From: a virus | Taxonomy: Duplodnaviria > Caudoviricetes | Reading direction: 5' to 3' (one strand) | IMG/VR virus record: IMGVR_UViG_3300017655_000068 | Span: 1-41,423 of that record | DNA length: 41,423 nt | In this document: positions 16,678 to 24,710 of the stretch, piece by piece | How positions within the stretch are numbered: the first letter of the stretch is position 1 | Layout of the letters: every line of letters starts with the position of its first letter | Program-made: the position numbers and the translations under genes | Notes under the pieces: model-generated | What the model saw: the letters and a program-made list of their open reading frames with translations, nothing else | What the model was told of the DNA's origin: nothing | Databases searched by the model: none

Positions 16678-18015
16678 TTAGAAATCGAACTGACTCGCTG
16701 CAGACGGACCGGTCTCCATTTGGCGCACGATTCCGTAATTCGGCAGATAAAGAACTTCGACGCGCGTTCCCTCTCCGCCATTACGCCCCTTACCGATCTC
16801 GATAATACCGGCGCCATCCAACGTATCTATGCCGAATGTGTTCGCAGCATCCTCGAGCACCGCCTTCGTTTTTTTGATTTCGGCACGTTTCGGCGGTCGT
16901 AACTCGCGATTCCCATCTCCGTCAGTATCATCGCGAACCTCCTCCGCCTGAGTAATAACATGAATAACCGATTTAGTATAACCGGCAATATGGCGCAGTT
17001 TCTTCGACGTATTAGCGACATCCCCTCCCGCCGTTTTCGACGTATTTGCTTCGTAATCGAGGTAGTAAATAGGATCGATAACAACGACGTCAGCCTTCGT
17101 TTGTATAATGTCCGCTTCTAACTGCTTAACTCCGCGCTGATAAAAGTCTTCGTCATCGACCGCCCTAACAATTATATTCCCCGGAATCTTCTCGTTAATC
17201 GTCGCCAGGAATATTTCGAACGCCGCTTCGAATTCTTCGTCAAGTCCGCCCATGAGAAGCGCCTTATTTTCGAAACCGACTTCGTAATCTATGCCGTTTA
17301 TCTTATCGACGATGAGCCCTTCGCGAGCTGATATCGAAGAGTAAGCGCGAGCCATCCATTCGAACTTCGACATCTCTAGCGCCCATATTAGGACGTTAGC
17401 GCCTTGAAACGCTGACTCAATCGCCTCTTCCATTGTGAATACGGATTTACCGCGACCGGACCGTCCGTACCAGGTGTAAAGGTTTCCGCTAAGGTATCCG
17501 CCAATTTGTTCGTTTACTAACGGAAACTTCGAGCGCCATATCTTAAATGATTCTCCGGACTTACGTCGGCGGTATTCGTCTAGGAATGCGTCGGTTTCGG
17601 TCTTAATGTTCGTACCGATTATAGAACGAGTGTTCGTATTAATTTTAATCGATTTTAAGTCATCAATCAAGTCATCTAATAAAATATTACCATCAGTCTT
17701 CGCAAAAGCCTCCGATAACTTATTTTCGATAAGATCCTTTAGCGCCAACTTTGCCGACTGCGACTTAATCTGACGCGTTAGATATTCGTAGCCGTCCGAC
17801 ACCTGTTCGACGTAGGTGAAGTCGCTAAACTCTCCGACCATTGTTGCGTAAGAGGGCGCTTGGCCCCGGTTCTGTTCGGCGTATGACGTAATGAAATCGT
17901 AAATACGTTTGTCGGCATCGGTCGGCATGTCGGTGCGTTCGATATTATGGCGCTTTAGGACGCCAGGATCGTTGCTGTCGATAAGTTTCGAGAATAATAG
18001 TGACGTATAATTCAC
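16678..18015 (-). CDS. dnaB: Replicative DnaB-like (SF4) helicase
   Basis: GRSGRGKS, ALEM, VVIDPIYY, ITQA, KGRNG. Confidence 0.92.
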   Translation of the reverse strand: MNYTSLLFSKLIDSNDPGVLKRHNIERTDMPTDADKRIYDFITSYAEQNRGQAPSYATMVGEFSDFTYVEQVSDGYEYLTRQIKSQSAKLALKDLIENKLSEAFAKTDGNILLDDLIDDLKSIKINTNTRSIIGTNIKTETDAFLDEYRRRKSGESFKIWRSKFPLVNEQIGGYLSGNLYTWYGRSGRGKSVFTMEEAIESAFQGANVLIWALEMSKFEWMARAYSSISAREGLIVDKINGIDYEVGFENKALLMGGLDEEFEAAFEIFLATINEKIPGNIIVRAVDDEDFYQRGVKQLEADIIQTKADVVVIDPIYYLDYEANTSKTAGGDVANTSKKLRHIAGYTKSVIHVITQAEEVRDDTDGDGNRELRPPKRAEIKKTKAVLEDAANTFGIDTLDGAGIIEIGKGRNGGEGTRVEVLYLPNYGIVRQMETGPSAASQFDF

Positions 18016-18059
18016 GCGATCAACCTCCTTTTAGTTTCGTAATTTCTTTGAAATGTGCA

Positions 18060-18305
18060 TTAGTTACAGTCCACAACTCCACTAGCCTTATATAGAGGTG
18101 ACATAGCTGTAGTTCTATAAGTACCAGCACCATCTACAACAAAAATATATTTGCAACCTGTTTCTGAATCAGTAATAATGTTGATATACTCAGCGTTAAT
18201 GCCATTAAATCTAGTCTCACTTGGTGTAATTTCCGTTACAACAGTTTCTTTTCCACACCCAACTAAAGCAATAGTAGCTATTAAAAACGGTATTATTAAC
18301 TTCAT
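18060..18305 (-). CDS. Small lipoprotein (AT-rich moron)
   Basis: Signal peptide with LVGC lipobox; IITDSETGCKYI. Confidence 0.8.
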   Translation of the reverse strand: MKLIIPFLIATIALVGCGKETVVTEITPSETRFNGINAEYINIITDSETGCKYIFVVDGAGTYRTTAMSPLYKASGVVDCN

Positions 18306-18338
18306 TTCTTCCTCCTTGTTTTATGTCGCTTTTTAAAT

Positions 18339-18950
18339 CTATTCTTCATTACGTAATTTCACAATCTCTGCCATCACCGTCTCCATCGCTTCCTTATCGC
18401 GCCTGTCTTGCGTTCTCTCAAACTGCCGCTTAAAGAAGTTATAACGGTCCAACTCGTTATCTAACTTTTCTTTCCGTTCCTTACGCGCCTTCTTCATTTC
18501 CTCCGCCAACTTTGCCGACAATTCCCTCGCAGTAGGTTTTCGCTCTTGCTTCGCCATATTACCGCCTCCCATATCGTTTTTATTAGCGCTCCAACCGTCT
18601 CCATCTGGCGCCGACCACATTTCCATAAACGACTTCGGATAATTCTCGTAATCTATTGTCTGCATATAAACGTCGGCATCTTCAGCGTCGGCGAGTAACT
18701 CAACGTCATCAGCGTCCGCTTCAAGCCATTCGCCATTCACAGCGTCGATAAGCTCGTAAACTACGTCGACCCATTCGCGCTCCTCCGTAAAGCAGTTTTC
18801 GATACGATAGCCGAAGACGCGAAAGACTCTAACGCCATACCCTTCGACTTCAACTAGGTCGGCGAAAGTGGCCGGAAGATCAACTTCGATGATTTCGTCG
18901 ATGATGCGTTCGTCTTCGTTTTCGTTGTTGCTGTTATTGGCGTTGGTCAT
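18339..18950 (-). CDS. Hypothetical protein (acidic N-terminus, basic helical C-terminus)
   Basis: GGAGG RBS before ATG 18950. Confidence 0.7.
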   Translation of the reverse strand: MTNANNSNNENEDERIIDEIIEVDLPATFADLVEVEGYGVRVFRVFGYRIENCFTEEREWVDVVYELIDAVNGEWLEADADDVELLADAEDADVYMQTIDYENYPKSFMEMWSAPDGDGWSANKNDMGGGNMAKQERKPTARELSAKLAEEMKKARKERKEKLDNELDRYNFFKRQFERTQDRRDKEAMETVMAEIVKLRNEE

Positions 18951-19183
18951 TCGGACACCTCCGAGTACCATCCGCATTTGTGGCGAATCATTAAGTCGAT
19001 ACTTTCGCAGTCTAAATAAATCTGCATTAACTGAATGTCGTTACTTTTCGATAACTCGCGAATATCTTGACCGCATTCTTCGATTACAGTTTTTTCAGGT
19101 ACATCCGTATACCAAACTAAGAATTCGACCGCCCATCGATATAATTTATCGGAATGTTTCTTTCTAATACGTTTATTCATCAA
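18947..19183 (-). CDS. Hypothetical protein
   Basis: Coupled ORF MNKRIRKKH. Confidence 0.65.
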   Translation of the reverse strand: MMNKRIRKKHSDKLYRWAVEFLVWYTDVPEKTVIEECGQDIRELSKSNDIQLMQIYLDCESIDLMIRHKCGWYSEVSE

Positions 19184-19953
19184 CGTAGCCCCCTTTGGTC
19201 CTGCTTACGCACTCCGCGATGTGATTCACCGCCGAATTCTAACGTTAAACATTGGTCGCGCATCCTATCGTAAAGCCTCGCATCAAATACCGTCTTCATT
19301 TCTTCGATAGGTAAATTCGATGTAAATACCGTCGGTAATCCGTTAGTCGTTCGATAGTTAATAATCGCATGGACATACGATCTAAACGCTTCTGACGCTG
19401 AACGAACGCCAATATCATCTAATACGGCAAACGGCGATAGCTGAGTCCGCTTAATTGTCGCCTTAATTTCGTTCATTGCCGATTCATCATTCGTCATAGT
19501 TGCGAGGTTATAGTCCGTTTGAAAAGCGTTAACGTCCAAAAAGTACGCCGCTCTCTGATCCGCCTGCCTACCGCGTTTCAAAGATCCGATATAATTGGCG
19601 ATGAGATATTCGTTAATTAACGCGCTCGCCGTCGTCGTCTTACCGGTGCCTGGCGATTCCGAATAGAGGTAAAGCGACTTGATTCGGTTGTCATCACCGT
19701 CCTCAAATTGGCGCTCAAACGTCGTTATATACTTCGCTAGTGTTTCGTATATCTTCGGTTGCTCCGTCGCTACAGGCGAGCTCTCTAGCGTCACAAGCCG
19801 ATACTCTTTCGGTAGACCAGTTGCCGCAGATCTTCCGCCTGAGCCTGACGCGCCGTGTAGACTAATCCAGTGCGGACATTGACCGTTGCATTTCGCTGAG
19901 TTGGCGACTTTGCATCGTGAGGATAGTACGCATGATTTAGCGTGATTGTTCAT
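19180..19953 (-). CDS. DnaC/IstB-like AAA+ helicase loader
   Basis: N-terminal Cys cluster, SPGTGKT, VLDDIG, FTSNL, RLYDRM; start 19953 behind AAGGAG. Confidence 0.9.
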   Translation of the reverse strand: MNNHAKSCVLSSRCKVANSAKCNGQCPHWISLHGASGSGGRSAATGLPKEYRLVTLESSPVATEQPKIYETLAKYITTFERQFEDGDDNRIKSLYLYSESPGTGKTTTASALINEYLIANYIGSLKRGRQADQRAAYFLDVNAFQTDYNLATMTNDESAMNEIKATIKRTQLSPFAVLDDIGVRSASEAFRSYVHAIINYRTTNGLPTVFTSNLPIEEMKTVFDARLYDRMRDQCLTLEFGGESHRGVRKQDQRGLR

Positions 19954-19967
19954 TAGAAAACTCCTTT

Positions 19968-20069
19968 CTATCCGAATATTCTTTCGAGTATTGCGATAGT
20001 TAATATTGACGTTATCCCACCGACAATACCGCAAACTAATCCGATCCACCAAGCGTGACTAATTTTCAT
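19968..20069 (-). CDS. Small single-TM peptide (33 aa)
   Basis: Hand-translated MKISHAWWIGLVCGIVGGITSILTIAILERIFG; perfect GAGGAGG RBS. Confidence 0.7.
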   Translation of the reverse strand: MKISHAWWIGLVCGIVGGITSILTIAILERIFG

Positions 20070-20129
20070 CCGCTAACCTCCTCGTAATATAATGGAAATC
20101 TAATTCGATAAATCACACGGGCTATTTCG

Positions 20130-20534
20130 TCATAACCATCCGTCTAACTCATCCGCACTCATTCCGACCGACTCTACCGCCTCTGCCTGGCGCTGCTTCG
20201 TAGCCTCTTCCGCAACTAACCTCGCCCACACGTCCGTCTTCCACTTATACAGCCACGTGAAGCTGACGGTAGGATACTGCGGTGTACACCTATGGATTCG
20301 GAAGCATTCGTCTATGAAACGTCTCACTAACTCCGGCTCATATTTGCGAGGCTTGGCGTTCTTTCCGCGAGTTCCGATAAGCGTTCCAATAAGGCCGCGC
20401 TCGATTTGCCAGTTGCGTCCAGGCGGTAGGTATTCCGTTCCGTAGACTTCGAGGTGGCGGTCGGATAGATAAGCGAGAAAGTCGTTCGTTGTCCAGTTAG
20501 CGACAGGTTTATCGTTGTATTTTTTAACCGTCAT
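20130..20534 (-). CDS. Hypothetical replication-associated protein
   Basis: AAGGAG RBS; lies between putative origin and loader. Confidence 0.7.
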   Translation of the reverse strand: MTVKKYNDKPVANWTTNDFLAYLSDRHLEVYGTEYLPPGRNWQIERGLIGTLIGTRGKNAKPRKYEPELVRRFIDECFRIHRCTPQYPTVSFTWLYKWKTDVWARLVAEEATKQRQAEAVESVGMSADELDGWL

Positions 20535-20678
20535 AATATCGTTCTCCTTTCGTTATAATACCGTTAATTAAAACCGTTACCTCATATACTATCGTATATT
20601 CGGCTATGCCTTTACCGATAAATACATTCCTATTATAACCATAGCGACAATACGTTTTTGTATTGGCGTAACGTACTT

Positions 20679-20770
20679 ATTCTCTTTAAATAATTCTTTT
20701 TAAAGATATTCTTTTTCAGTTACACTAGCGTAGTTTATTAGTTATCCTAGCGTAACTATAAGTTATCCGG
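20679..20770. other. Putative replication origin
   Basis: Repeats CTAGCGTA x2, AGTTATCC x2, and AT-rich ATTCT(C/T)TTT x3, directly downstream of initiator-like gene. Confidence 0.5.
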
Positions 20771-21218
20771 GTGTAAGTTTAGCCTTTAACACCTTCCCTA
20801 CGAGATGTTTCGCCTTATCATTTTCGGCTATATACGCAACCAACCGCGCCTCAATCTCGATATTCTTTTCGCGAAACCTCTCGCGATCTAACGGATCGTG
20901 CACGACGTAATAAATCTTATCACGACCCCTTCCGATATTTTTCGTCTCAATCGAGATCAATCCGCTAGCTTCGAGTATCGCGTCAAGATGCGGTAACGTC
21001 GAATACGATAACTGGAATTTCTCCGCGACACCTTTCCGCCCTTGCCACGACTTTCCGTAAGAGTCTCCGCCTTGTTCGTTGTTACGATAACGAAGCAAGT
21101 ACGTATAGTACAGCGTTGCCTTGTCGCCGATTAACGGATGATATAAATCGAATAGTTCGTGATATACGAGTGTGAATCCGCTGCGAACGTTACCTTGTCG
21201 GATGTGTACTTCGGTCAA
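20763..21218 (-). CDS. Winged-HTH replication initiator-like protein
   Basis: GFTLVY...LYYTYLLRY...SWQGRKGVAEKFQLS...LEASGLI; first gene of early operon. Confidence 0.65.
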   Translation of the reverse strand: MTEVHIRQGNVRSGFTLVYHELFDLYHPLIGDKATLYYTYLLRYRNNEQGGDSYGKSWQGRKGVAEKFQLSYSTLPHLDAILEASGLISIETKNIGRGRDKIYYVVHDPLDRERFREKNIEIEARLVAYIAENDKAKHLVGKVLKAKLTPG

Positions 21219-21310
21219 CCTAGCGCCCTCCTTTCCGTATTTAATATCTTACACGTCATAATACGTTGAAAACTAATTACCTCGCGCAGTATTCCGTGTA
21301 ATTTTTCTTT

Positions 21311-21346
21311 CGCTTATTTATACGGAGGAAAATGGCGGTCGTCAAA
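21311..21346 (-). promoter_or_regulatory. Phage-specific promoter motif, copy 3 (lytic side of switch)
   Basis: Minus TTGACG-N15-CGTATAAATAAGCG. Confidence 0.7.
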
Positions 21347-21440
21347 AAACGAATAAAATAAATAAATAAAAAGTTTTGATTTTGACTATAATGATGGTAA
21401 ATTATACTTATGAGATAGGTTTTCATTTGGAGGAGAAACG

Positions 21441-21911
21441 ATGAAAGATAATAATGAATTTGGGGATTTGTTACGCGAAGCTCGCAATGCCTCGAAGCTA
21501 TCCGCAAGAGAAGTTTCCGAAAAGGTTGGCGTATCTTTAACGTTCATTTACGATATAGAGAAGGGGAGAAAATCTCCGAAATTAGAAACCGTTACGAAGT
21601 TAGCTGATTTATACGATAGACCAGAGCTAATAAGCTCGTTTAACGAAATACATAAAATTCCGATAATTCCCGTTTTAGATCCCGAAGTTTATAAAGTATT
21701 CGATAGATGGCGCGAATTAAACGGAGATAAATTTTTAGAAGCCGATCACATCAAGCCGAAAGAGATATACGAAAGCGCCCGAGACTTCCGTAATATGATG
21801 GTCCACGGAATGGTCGACGATTTAATAGAAAAAGACCCGAAGAAAACTACGGAGATAATGTTATTTTTACGTAAATTAGCAGAAGACCTTACGAAAGAAG
21901 GTGACGAATAA
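21441..21911 (+). CDS. XRE-family repressor (probable immunity repressor)
   Basis: N-terminal HTH LSAREVSEKVGVSLTFIYDIEKG; divergent from replication operon, next to integrase. Confidence 0.82.
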   Translation: MKDNNEFGDLLREARNASKLSAREVSEKVGVSLTFIYDIEKGRKSPKLETVTKLADLYDRPELISSFNEIHKIPIIPVLDPEVYKVFDRWRELNGDKFLEADHIKPKEIYESARDFRNMMVHGMVDDLIEKDPKKTTEIMLFLRKLAEDLTKEGDE

Positions 21912-21940
21912 ACTCGCCGCTTCCTACCGTAAGGTCTTTT
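21884..21940 (+). terminator. Long hairpin between convergent repressor and integrase genes
   Basis: AGACCTTACG...CGTAAGGTCT followed by TTT. Confidence 0.55.
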
Positions 21941-21944
21941 ATCG

Positions 21945-22910
21945 TTAGAATAATTTCTCAACCGGACTGAACCGCTTATGGCTCTCGAACACATCGCTGC
22001 TAAATAAGTTAACGTAATTCCGCACCATCTCTAACGAAGTATGTCCGAGTACCGCCTGCAACGCGAAAACGTCAGCGCCATTCTGTACGGACATTTTAGC
22101 GAAAGTATGCCGAAACGTATGTGGCGAGCACCTCACGTCTTTAATATTCGCCATTCTTCCGTATTTACTGATCCGCTCTTGCACCTGGCGAATCGTCAAC
22201 GGAGTATTATCGATTGTTACGAATAAGGCATCGCTCTTAACATCGCCACGCACCGCTATATATTTCCGCAGTTGCCTCTTAGTTGTCGTCTGTATCGGCA
22301 CCAACCGGTCCTTATAGCCCTTTCCGTTAATTAATACTTGCGAATCTTCCCATCGAATATCTCTTACGCTAATCTCCGTTAATTCACGAACCCTAACGCC
22401 AGTCTCAACGAGAAATAACATCAACGTATAGTCGCGTAGCCCCGTAAACGTTTCGAGATTAGGTTGGCGTAGGATCGTCCGTAATTGCTCGCGGCTAAAC
22501 GTTTCGATAACCTCTTTCTTCTGCTGGATTAACGATAACTCCTTCGCCGGATTCTCCGTTATCATACGCTCCTTTTCGAGGAAGTTAAAGAACGAACGGA
22601 TTGCGCGAAGTCTCGTATTAATCGACGTCTCCTTCCGCTCTAGCGTCTCCATCATATAAAGGATTACGTTTTCCTTTATAATCTTCAGCGTCACCTTTTC
22701 GGGCGTTGTCGATAGTCCCTGCGCCTCTAACAGCGAACGGAATCCGATCAATTCGTTCTTATAATATTTCAACGTATGCTCGCTTAGATTGCGTATTTTA
22801 CAGTCGCGTAAAAACATATGAAGCGATGTCTCGAAGTCCTCCGTTACGACTTCCGGTTGCTTTTCCTTTTCTACGGTTTCTACTACGATTTTATTACTAC
22901 GGCGAGCCAA
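21945..22910 (-). CDS. int: Tyrosine integrase/recombinase
   Basis: TGVRVREL, GKG, HTFRH, LGHT, Y catalytic set. Confidence 0.95.
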   Translation of the reverse strand: MARRSNKIVVETVEKEKQPEVVTEDFETSLHMFLRDCKIRNLSEHTLKYYKNELIGFRSLLEAQGLSTTPEKVTLKIIKENVILYMMETLERKETSINTRLRAIRSFFNFLEKERMITENPAKELSLIQQKKEVIETFSREQLRTILRQPNLETFTGLRDYTLMLFLVETGVRVRELTEISVRDIRWEDSQVLINGKGYKDRLVPIQTTTKRQLRKYIAVRGDVKSDALFVTIDNTPLTIRQVQERISKYGRMANIKDVRCSPHTFRHTFAKMSVQNGADVFALQAVLGHTSLEMVRNYVNLFSSDVFESHKRFSPVEKLF

Positions 22911-22969
22911 AGCGCACCACCTCCGAATATTATTTCGGACATATGAAACGGTCGTACGCGGTAAACACG

Positions 22970-23000
22970 AAAAGAGCGACCCACATATCGTGAATCGCTC
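22970..23000 (-). terminator. Intrinsic terminator between att core and integrase
   Basis: Minus GAGCGATTCAC-gatat-GTGGGTCGCTC-TTTT. Confidence 0.7.
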
Positions 23001-23048
23001 GTCATATCAACGTTTATAGTCATCGGCGTTATTCCGTGCACAACTTCG

Positions 23049-23089
23049 GATTTTGAGTCGTGCGCGTCTGCCAATTCCGCCACACTGGC
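23049..23089 (-). other. attP: 5' half of tRNA-Leu(CAA), not a complete tRNA
   Basis: Minus GCCAGTGTGGCGGAATTGGCAGACGCGCACGACTCAAAATC = acceptor 5' strand, D arm and anticodon loop CTCAAAA; no T arm follows; adjacent to integrase. Confidence 0.88.
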
Positions 23090-23119
23090 ACGTTATCAAT
23101 GAATACGACGGTTATCACC

Positions 23120-23155
23120 GCGTACTATCCGATATGACTGCGTACTATTCGATAT
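23120..23155. repeat. Direct repeat in attP arm
   Basis: GCGTACTAT(C/T)CGATAT twice with 20-bp period. Confidence 0.7.
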
Positions 23156-23226
23156 ATCCCCGAAAATCGCGCGGCATATCACCGCCTAGTCAAATCGTAC
23201 GTGAGCGTTTCATCGTCACGAACATA

Positions 23227-23255
23227 AATATAACACGGTTTCTTACGCCTGTCAA
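23227..23255 (-). promoter_or_regulatory. Strong sigA promoter upstream of the tRNA half
   Basis: Minus TTGACA-N17-TATATT with TG extension. Confidence 0.8.
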
Positions 23256-23278
23256 CACGTATATACGAAAATCGTACG

Positions 23279-23611
23279 CTACCGAATTCCGGTCAACTCC
23301 CGGAAGTTCAAACGCGTTACGGCGCCAGTCTCCTCAACGATTCTCAGCTCCTTCGTCAAAGGGTCCACGTAATGTACGCGCCCGACCACGCTACTAACGA
23401 AGCCATCTCGCCAGTACCGAAACTCTAGCGCCGCATTCTCTTCCATCGCTAAATGAATCCGCGCTTCTATCTCTTCGATCTCATATTCGTCAAGTATCGG
23501 CTGCTCAATCCGACCACCCTCAGCGAAATAATCTCGGAGTAGTCCGACATGATCCGTCAGCATGAGCGAAGTCCATTTCTTATTACCGCGGTCTTTAATC
23601 ATTTGCGTCAA
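23279..23611 (-). CDS. YolD-like protein
   Basis: IKDRGNKKWTSLML.DH...PILDE YolD signature. Confidence 0.88.
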   Translation of the reverse strand: MTQMIKDRGNKKWTSLMLTDHVGLLRDYFAEGGRIEQPILDEYEIEEIEARIHLAMEENAALEFRYWRDGFVSSVVGRVHYVDPLTKELRIVEETGAVTRLNFRELTGIR

Positions 23612-23634
23612 TCCTTTCGAATCCTTTTGACGTT

Positions 23635-23664
23635 ATTATATACGAATATACGTTCGATATGCAA
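23635..23664 (-). promoter_or_regulatory. SigA promoter with LexA (Cheo) box
   Basis: TTGCAT-N18-TATAAT with CGAACGTATATTCG (23643-23656) in the spacer. Confidence 0.75.
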
Positions 23665-23672
23665 CCGCCAAC

Positions 23673-24092
23673 TTAGAAAGCCTTCGCCATATCTACGATA
23701 ATATTCATAAGCATCGGCGCCATCTGAACGATAATGTATCCGAAGCCAGCTCGCTGTATCATCGTCATCGCCCGATCTTGATTTCCGATCATCCAAATGA
23801 TGCCCGCCGACAACATAACGATAAGCGCGACCGGATACGAAAGCCCTTGTATTAAATCGATAATCGGATCGAAAGCATTAACGGTCTTCTGTACGATAGC
23901 GCCTTCGATTGGTCCTGCGCTCGCTCCTATCGGTCTAAATATCGCAGTCACCGTCGAAAGTGTTGCCGCAACTAGCGCCGTCTTTTCTTGACGTTCGCGA
24001 TACTCGATAACCGACCGTTTCTTATTACCGCCCTTTCCGTAATCCCCCGACATAAATTCCCTAATCGTTCCTACACGTTTAATTTTCGCCAC
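23673..24092 (-). CDS. Membrane protein, TrbC/VirB2 pilin-like
   Basis: Leader ending ASA, then two hydrophobic helices (LSYPVALIVMLSAGIIWMIG; AGFGYIIVQMAP). Confidence 0.6.
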   Translation of the reverse strand: MAKIKRVGTIREFMSGDYGKGGNKKRSVIEYRERQEKTALVAATLSTVTAIFRPIGASAGPIEGAIVQKTVNAFDPIIDLIQGLSYPVALIVMLSAGIIWMIGNQDRAMTMIQRAGFGYIIVQMAPMLMNIIVDMAKAF

Positions 24093-24107
24093 TATAAACG
24101 CCTCCTA

Positions 24108-24710
24108 TTAATGAAAATCGTTAACCGTAAATATCTGAACGTCAAGTCCTTCGCAAAGTTTCGCTAGTTGTTTCCTCCGATAATCTGTCACCGTCATCCA
24201 TACGAATCTTGGCGCAACCTTGAACGCGCCTATTTCGATTAGCTTCCGATACTTCTCAATCTTCGCTCGGTTGGCGGACATCTTCTGCGTATGGTCGATT
24301 TCTACGATATGATAGCGACCGTCAGATACGAAAGTAGCATCGGCAATTATTCGTAGCTCCTTCCGTTCTTTTATCGCAAATCGTTGCTCGTTCTTCCAAG
24401 TAGACGGAGATCCGAACGCGATGTACAACGAATTACGCATGATAAAATGACGCGCTTGTAACGTTTTCTTTCGGATGCGACTAGCGCCAATTCTATCGCG
24501 ACCTTCTCGGCTGAGGTAATAAACCTTTTCGCCATCTCGGAAGCTGTTAACATACGCTGAGTCTTCGAGTTCCTTCATTATACGCGACGTCGAACGCGAG
24601 CTTCCAATACCATGCAACACCTGGATCTGCGATCGCGTCAGATAGTCAAGCGTCTTCAACGATAAGAGTATAGCTTCCTCCCGTTGCTCCCGTTTTATTA
24701 CCGCCTTCAT
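24108..24710 (-). CDS. Replication-relaxation family protein (wHTH + PD-(D/E)XK)
   Basis: LTRSQIQVLH HTH, HFIMRN, IADATF, IVEID...KIEKY. Confidence 0.8.
   Translation of the reverse strand: MKAVIKREQREEAILLSLKTLDYLTRSQIQVLHGIGSSRSTSRIMKELEDSAYVNSFRDGEKVYYLSREGRDRIGASRIRKKTLQARHFIMRNSLYIAFGSPSTWKNEQRFAIKERKELRIIADATFVSDGRYHIVEIDHTQKMSANRAKIEKYRKLIEIGAFKVAPRFVWMTVTDYRRKQLAKLCEGLDVQIFTVNDFH

Noticed and set aside
23049-23089. Complete tRNA-Leu gene
   Set aside because: Similarity stops just after the anticodon loop; no variable arm, T arm or 3' acceptor strand follows, so it is treated as attP
22883-23397. ORFs 22883-23083 (-) and 23053-23397 (+)
   Set aside because: They cross the tRNA half, arm repeats and terminator; MAELADAHDSKS is simply translated tRNA sequence
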